Positions 53,460-60,650 of a DNA stretch of 60,650 bases are shown in pieces. The stretch spans positions 1 to 60,650 of the forward strand of contig CAXHJY010000474.1 in NCBI GenBank assembly GCA_964016885.1. The letters are read 5' to 3'. Position 1 is the stretch's first letter; every line of letters begins with the position of its first letter. The stretch is from Eledone cirrhosa (Eukaryota). Under the pieces are notes generated by a model, which was given only the letters and a program-made list of their open reading frames with translations, had not been told where the DNA came from and made no database searches. A program made the translations under genes and the position numbers.

Positions 53460-53580
53460 GTACATATATATACATATACATATATATATATATATATATA
53501 TGTATATGTATATATATGTACATAAATATATATATATATATTATATATATATATATATATATATTTATGTACATATATAT

Positions 53581-53731
<151 letters not shown>

Positions 53732-54247
53732 GCTTTCTGGAAGGCTTGAAAATGTCATGTTTTAACTGACAGCAAATAAATAAGTCAGTAGCAGAGAAAA
53801 AGATTGAAGATTTTCTCATTTTTCTTTCCAAAATATTCTTATCCTTCCAAACATCTGCTTCTTCTTCCATTGATTGGAGATGAAGAAGCCAGGGGAGTGA
53901 GGTGGGTGAGGGAGAGGAGGAGAAGGGGGGGGGGGACATGCTTACCTTCTTCCCTTACACAACAGATACTTGGATACAACATGGCATATAGAAGTGTCTG
54001 CTCTCATTCATTGAATCACACACACACATACAAACACACAAAAATGTATAGAAGAACAATAAAACATACATACATACACACATATACACACACACAGAGT
54101 CACATAGATATATACACAGATATACAGATATGTGTACACGAAGTTACACACACACACACACACACATATACATTAAAGAATAAACACAACAGATTGTAAG
54201 GGGTTTTCATGGGCACCTGCACGTACTTACATATGTATACTTATGTA

Positions 54248-54278
<31 letters not shown>

Positions 54279-54989
54279 GTGTATGTGTATGTTATAGAGA
54301 ATAACAGAGACTGACAGTTTATGGATCAATGATATGTGAATATATATATATATATGTGTACATATATAAATGCATACATACATATACATTCGCACACATA
54401 TCTCTCTCCTCCCTCTTCTCTCTCTCTCTCTATATATATACACTCACACATACACATATGTGTTGCACATGGAAAACCAAATACATAATACGAATGAACA
54501 AAAGCCTGTACTTTCTCATTGACCACTTCCTGGGGAATGCAGTTTTGTGCATAAAGAGTGGTTTACACAATCATACCCCCAGGCTTCACAATGGTTGGAA
54601 AGATGCATGAAAGACAATATAACAACACATAAACAAATGAAAAAAACATGCGTATATTTCAACTGGGAGAGCAAAGCAAAGTGAATAGATGAATAAATAT
54701 AGAAGAGTCTTACAACTGGATTAAAACAAAAGACAGGCAATTTAAAATGGGCAAGAATGTAATGTGGGAAGAGAAAAAAGATTTATAGACAATTGTCCAA
54801 ATGATACAAATGATAGGCAAAGGAGCTGACAAGATAGGGTTACTGTCTATTGAAGGGTTACTGTCGATTAAATGAAAGCTTAAGAGGGGCGAGGTATTTC
54901 GGAGTGTAGGTGAGCATATATACACAATATATATATACATATATATATATATGTTTCCCTTATTTTACATGTCCCTCACAGACTAAACT

Positions 54990-55262
54990 AGGTGGATATT
55001 CTGACATACAAGCAGCTGGCAAACAACACCATTACCAACACACATAAAAAAGTTGAGGAAGGAGTCGTAAATGAAATCAAAATAAAGGACAAAGAGATCA
55101 CCAACACCCTAAAAATTGACAATTGAACAGAATCCTTAAGTAGAAACCCTCACAATTCACTCTTAAAGACAAAAAACAGAACTTTCACAGAAAGCCCACA
55201 GTTCAGCTCAAAAGCCCCACATGATCAGACATAGGATCTATCAGCAAAATGTTCCTTGATAT
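54990..55262 (+). pseudogene. PLE RT N-terminal relic (Naiad-like)
   Basis: Manual translation YKQLANNTITNTHKK...EIKIKDKEITNTLKID...FTLKDKKQNFHRKPTVQLKSPT*SDIGSISKMFLD resembles the ITLKDHK.NF...P.CRLINP.KS.IG.ISK.ILD motif. Confidence 0.6.
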
Positions 55263-55360
55263 TTCAAGGCACCTCACCACTCCCACTAAGGTTATTCATA
55301 CACACATACACACGCACATACATATATGAACACACACACACACACACATATATATATAAA

Positions 55361-55520
55361 ATTTGCTCCGAAAGAATTGCATGTGTCCGAAGGAACCTGC
55401 AGCCGTATAATCAGCCAGATCCATACAGTGATCATGTCTCGAGCTACCTGCCGGCGAAACAATTGTAACACGCAATAAACTAAGTCCAGATGCATCACTA
55501 ATTTTTCGTTTTTTTTATAC
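55361..55520 (+). mobile_element. pLTR with degenerate long-stem-II hammerhead
   Basis: gtgt ccgaagga...GAAA caattGTA acac; homologous to 35650-35800. Confidence 0.65.
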
Positions 55521-55539
55521 TATATATATATTCATTTTC

Positions 55540-55675
55540 TTAAGGCTAATTAGTGAGTCTTGTTACTCTGAAGATTCTCCTGTTTATTACAGGGTCATCA
55601 GACAAGGGCTCTTGTCTGATGACCCTGTCAAAAACAGGCAAAACTCCAGAGTAACATCTCACTATTTAGCCTTAA
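55540..55675. mobile_element. Palindrome of two head-to-head hammerhead motifs
   Basis: CUGAUGA on minus (55595-55601) and plus (55616-55622); stem II cctgt/acagg; stem I tgt/aca; GUA site; GAAA mutated differently in each arm. Confidence 0.82.
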
Positions 55676-56004
55676 TAAATAATAAAATAATAATGAAATT
55701 ATTGTGTACAATGCTCAGGTGCTCTACAACTCATCAAAGGTGAATGTATATGTTCACATATATATATATATATATATATATATGAACATATACATGCACC
55801 TGTTCACATGCCAACACAAGAGCAAGAATGAAGGGTTCATTCTACTGACATGGCTATAAAATTGAGGCTTGTTTGTATAATTGCAAATGAATCGAATGTT
55901 ATTATTAATATTCAAAAAACTCAGATTACATTTATTGTATTCAGCCATGTACAGCGAACATTTTCTTTTATATATATGAACATATATATGTATGTAAAAG
56001 GTAA

Positions 56005-56575
56005 ACAGAAATAACAACACAATCGGTACAGTATATGGAAGGTATATATTAGGTTAACGCTTGAAATAGCAGGAAGAGGGTCTTAACGTTTCGGACGCTA
56101 GTTCTTCATCAGAAGAAAGAATAAGAAATTAGATAGATTGAAAGGACGGGTAGGGTGGAATTGGAAACAATGTCTTTAGATAAAAATAACAAATCCATTC
56201 ATGTTGCCATCTTTTGGAAAACCATTGATGCTGGTGTTTTGTATATGATATATTTTTTTAGAAGAGTGGATGATATAGCACGTCTGCCTGAAATGAAAAA
56301 AAAAAAACGTTTTGTATAAAGAGCTATACTTGTGCACGTGCGTATGCGTGTGTGTGTGTGTATTATTATACGTCCGTACGAAGCTAGGAGTATATGTGTG
56401 TGTATATGTAAGTAAAAGAGTGTATGTGTGCTTGTAAATACAAAGCTGTGAGCAAATGTTTGTTAATATAAGGGTGTGTGTGTATACAGAGCTGTGAAGG
56501 GAAAAGTGGAGTACGTATTTTGTTGGTCTGTATTAGCTGTAAGAGTATATGTTTCTGACCATAAGAGAGCCATAT
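56005..56575 (-). mobile_element. PLE 3' UTR/pLTR (family of 18675-19280)
   Basis: Collinear homology with 18675-19270. Confidence 0.8.
56081..56116 (-). ncRNA. Minimal type I hammerhead, intact core
   Basis: ucuu CUGAUGA agaac uagc gucc GAAA cGUU aaga; palindromic AACGUU. Confidence 0.78.
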
Positions 56576-56848
56576 GAACATATATATATATATATGTGTG
56601 TGTGTGTGTACACAGGTGTGGATGCAAATGAAAGGATAATCAAGACAAAACATAGAAGGTGAGAGTACCTATATTAGCAGTTTGACATATTTATATATTG
56701 CATGAGCCAGAATTTGAGTTCAGTTCCTTGTAGTGGCTGGTGGCCACTTTTTTGTCATTTATAGGAGTATTTTACTTGATTTTCTTAAGCTATTATTGAT
56801 ACCAATCAATTGTAGTTACAGTTATTTTCTGTGTTTGATATATATATA

Positions 56849-57218
56849 CAGTGTACCCTCGACATTTGCGGTCCCGGTTATTTGCAAAATTTTCCTTAGT
56901 ACCAAACTAATAATTGTTCATGGAAACCACTGCATATTCGCGGAATTGTAAATATCTTCCGTGATATTTTTATGGCTTTTTTCATGGCAATATATATATA
57001 TTTTAACACTAAATTATTAATAACAATATATTGTATTTGCCAGCCTATTGGATGCCCCTTCACATAAGATGTTCCCTCTTTTTTTATTATATTTTATGTT
57101 ATATTTTTAAGTTGATAGGCCTTTTTATGGACCGTGTCCAATATTCACGGCTTTTCACTCTTCGCGGGTATACAGGAACGTAACCCCCCCCCCCCCCCCG
57201 AATACCGGAGGGCAACTG
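56849..57218. mobile_element. Tigger/pogo-like MITE
   Basis: TA|cagtgtaccctcgacatttgcgg ... ggaacgtaacccc..cgaataccggagggcaactg|TA. Confidence 0.7.
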
Positions 57219-57229
57219 TACATATATAG

Positions 57230-57299
<70 letters not shown>

Positions 57300-57304
<5 letters not shown>

Positions 57305-57876
57305 ATACTTGGGGAGGGTCATATTTGTGTAATAATATTGCCAGAATTAATAACAAAACACACTCACTGTTTGGTTGGTTTTCGCTTCTGTGTCTTTTAT
57401 ATCGGTTAATTTAATTTATTCGGTCCTCAATGTTACCATTGACAGACCAATGGTCAAAAATACAGATATAATATAGACACAAACACATATATATAGTCTA
57501 ACAAAGTTCTTTCGTTGCACATCTGCAACATCGTCAGTGGTGCTATTATGTTTCCTCCTGTTGTATTGTATGCCTACGCCATCTTTATTTAGTCTGTTTA
57601 TTTATTTATTTTCTTTTTGTCTTCTCTGCGCATGCGTTTGCGTGTGTGTATAGTGTTTGATGTGTGTTCGTGTTTGGGTGACTGTATATTGGTTTTTGTA
57701 TTCTATCTTAGTTTACTAGTGTGTGGTTATATGTGTTTGTTGTTATTGTGCTTATGTATGTATTTATTTATTTATTTATACTTCTCTTAGGTCAGTAATG
57801 TTTGTTTGGGTGTTGTTGTTATTCCATTCATTCTTTCTGTTTAGGCTTGGCCTTCTAAGTTCTATTTCGCTGGCCT

Positions 57877-57882
<6 letters not shown>
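57300..57882 (-). mobile_element. PLE 3' end (family of 41697-42580) with hammerhead at 57501-57540
   Basis: End of GIY-YIG ORF (IREASEIELRRPSLNRKNEWNN); CUGACGA u guugca gaug ugcaac GAAA gaacUU; both ends in (TA)n. Confidence 0.82.
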
Positions 57883-57951
<69 letters not shown>

Positions 57952-57959
<8 letters not shown>

Positions 57960-58088
57960 TAAAATAACAGATTAAAGTTTAAGCAAAGAATCGCTGCTTT
58001 CACCCTTAACGGGATCTTCAGAAGATCTAGTTAAGGGTGAAAGTACCGATTCTTTGCTTAAACTTTAATCTGTTATTTTAATAAATAT
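57952..58088. mobile_element. Near-perfect palindrome centred on a hammerhead-like core
   Basis: About 67-bp arms, centre 58019-58020; minus strand CUGAAGA uccc guuaa gggu GAAA. Confidence 0.8.
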
Positions 58089-58204
58089 TTTCTCTACGGT
58101 TCTTATATATTTGATATATATTTATTCTTATCGAGCCCTCTTTGGATTTTAGTCTTCAAATTTATTATTATTACTATATATATATATATATATTTAGTTT
58201 TGCG

Positions 58205-58278
58205 ACCAAACAGTGAGTGTGTTCTGTTATTAATTCTGGCAATATTACACAAATATGACCCTCCCCAAGTATAACAAT
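58205..58278 (+). mobile_element. Inverted copy of the PLE terminus 57300-57375
   Basis: ccaaacagtgagtgtg...atgaccctccccaagtataacaa. Confidence 0.85.
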
Positions 58279-58625
58279 ATATATATTTATATATATATAT
58301 ATATATATATACATACATAAAAGACAGTGAGGTTTTTAAAATGTCCCACATGGGTAAAAATATAAGGAAAAGAAATTGAACATGCAACTGGAGTCTTTTA
58401 AGAATATTTATTTACTTTACCGGTTTCACAGTACTTATGATTTTTAAAAGTAAAATCGAGATGGAGGATTTGTGTTTCTGTTATGGTTTGTCTCGCATCT
58501 GAATGTGTGTGTATATTACGCATCTGAATGTGTGTGTATAGTACTTTATTTTATTGAACCCATAGGGAAGAAAGGCAAAATTAACCTCGGAGGGATCTGA
58601 ACTCAGACCATAAAGAGATGTAACT

Positions 58626-58656
<31 letters not shown>

Positions 58657-58871
58657 TACAGAAAATAGTGCTGACTGGCACTATCCATGTCCTGAGAAGG
58701 GCATTATCAATTTAAAAACCTTGCAAAACCTTTACTGTTGTTTCTGCCCTTGTGGCATCATCTATATGACAATTGATTGTAAAATGTGTGTATTATCAAA
58801 TTTTGCCTCAGGTGTCAGGTTGACATTTTAGAAAGAAACAGAACCCAAAGGAAGTTTCAAATAATAATAAT

Positions 58872-59061
58872 AATTGTTTCTACTATTGGCACAAGGCCAC
58901 CAATTACCCAGTACATTACTGGTACTTTATTTTATCGACCCCGTAAGGATGAAAGGCAAAGTTAACCTCGGCGGGATTTGAACTCAGAATGGCAAGGGCC
59001 GTAACTCTATGCATCAAAGCAAGGCGTCCGGCCCTCTACCGATACTGCCAATTCACCGCCC
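58872..59061 (-). mobile_element. Full-length Deu/Nin-type tRNA SINE
   Basis: Reverse complement of 22451-22646; (ATT)n tail. Confidence 0.82.
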
Positions 59062-59464
59062 TTCAAATAATAATAATAAAGTTGAGTTCAGTGGCATTTG
59101 AACTCCAAAACCAGAACAAATGAAGACAAAGCAAGATTGAAGATTATGAAGGCCTAGGAAAACTTAGGAATTCAAGCAACTTCTCATAGAAAGTTGTCAG
59201 CAAGGAATTATTAAATTAAATATTTTTATATTATGCCCCCAGTTATTTTTGACAGGTATTTTGTTAGTATATATATATATATACATCATTTCATGATGAT
59301 GATGTATGAACATATATACATATACAGGGTGTCCCCCATAAATGTATACACATATTTATTAGAATGCTGTATATACATTTTTGGGATATATATATATATA
59401 TATGTTCATATGTCATCATCATGAAATGATGTATATATACATCATTAGTATATATATATACATA

Positions 59465-60091
59465 CTTGATAAATTCCGACCTCACACACACCTCTCCAAG
59501 ACAATGTTACTGGACCGAGATCTTTGGCGCTACACAGTTATACAGAAGACCCGCCTTGCCTAAGTACAAAGCGAAACCTACTACAGTCAGTAGGCACCTC
59601 TAACAAAATACACCCCCGTCCCACTACCCCCACCCCATCCACACCACCCCCTTAAATGTGAAGTTATGTTGGTACCACAACATCCAGTCCGAAACAAATG
59701 AGGTCGTGTAGGTGTCACGACAAAAAAAAACAACACACACAGTCCACGCTGTAATGTGGCCATGTAGGTAACACGGTAAAAACCTCCCAGTCCACACTGT
59801 AAACGTGGTTGGTGTTGGGAAGAGCACCCAGCCGTAGAAAACCCGCCAGACGTGTAGGTGTCACGACAAAAAAACACACAGTCCACGCTGTAATGTGGCC
59901 GTGTAGGTAACACGGTAAAAACCTCCCAGTCCACACTGTAAACGTGGTTGCTGTTAGGAAGGGCATCCAGCAGTAGAAAACCCGCCAGACAGCCCTATAC
60001 GAGCAGGACAACCAATCTTGCCTCAAGTGGGAAAACCCCCGCCCAAACCCATGCAAGCGTGGAAGATGGACTTTAAACGATGATGATGATG
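59465..60091 (+). mobile_element. RTE 3' fragment, subfamily A, with internal tandem duplication
   Basis: cgtgtaggtgtcacgac...aaaacccgccagac block occurs twice (about 59706-59850 and 59851-59990). Confidence 0.9.
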
Positions 60092-60245
60092 ACATCATAG
60101 TGTATACACTAACAAAGTACCTGTCAAAAATTACCGGGAGCATAATATAAATATATATCTCTCTCTCTCTATATATATGTATATATGTACATACACACAC
60201 ACACTCAAACACACATACACACACATACACACACATATATATATA

Positions 60246-60650
60246 CAAGATGGTATCAAAAAGTTCCTGGACTAGTTATGTTTAAAAAAAACTAATATAT
60301 TTACCTAAGTTTTAACATCATCTTCAAAATAGTCACCTTGCGCAGCAATACACAGTCCCAGGGTGACTGGGTACATTGTCATCGTGAAGAATCCAATTCT
60401 TTGTTCTCCATAGATCCGGTCACTTTCACCAAACGTCCTCCTTCAAATGCCTCAAAACATCAGCAATATCGTTGATTGTCCTCCAATGATCATCCATCAT
60501 GAGTTGATTAATTTTCTCCACATTTCTGGGTATGACGCTTGTAGTAGGTCTTCCAGATCACTTGTCATCTTCCATGGATGTTCTTCCACTTTTGAAGCAC
60601 CCATGCCATTCAACACATTGTGTACAACCCATTGCCAAAGTATGCTCAAT
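60246..60650 (-). mobile_element. Internally deleted mariner (Tc1/mariner) relic
   Basis: TA|caagatggtatcaaaaagttcctggactag TIR; minus strand encodes CIAAQGDYFE, KNWILHDDNVPSH and DDK*SGRPT. Confidence 0.8.

Overview
AT-rich, microsatellite-saturated metazoan non-genic DNA. The repeat content (CORE- and Deu/Nin-type tRNA SINEs, (GAT)n-tailed RTE LINEs, very long (TA)n) resembles an octopus/cephalopod genome; this is inference. No host protein-coding exon is supported. The window is a nest of mobile elements: one near-full-length RTE LINE (12.4-16.2 kb) plus more than a dozen truncated copies, a decayed L1/Tx1-clade LINE, Penelope-like element (PLE) relics (RT and GIY-YIG), tandem non-autonomous Helitrons, SINEs, a Tigger-like MITE, a mariner relic and two compound minisatellites. 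The main hidden signal is more than 12 type-I hammerhead ribozyme (HHR) motifs (CUGANGA...GAAA...UH, often with a palindromic stem III) from many sequence-unrelated families. Many sit in short non-coding head-to-head fold-back elements whose 3' tails point outward into (TA)n or AT-rich tracts. This suggests a diverse population of ribozyme-bearing, non-autonomous PLE-derived mini-elements. A second signal is a C4HC3 PHD-type zinc finger inserted inside the RTE reverse-transcriptase ORF. All calls are by eye, and boundaries are approximate unless a terminal motif is quoted.
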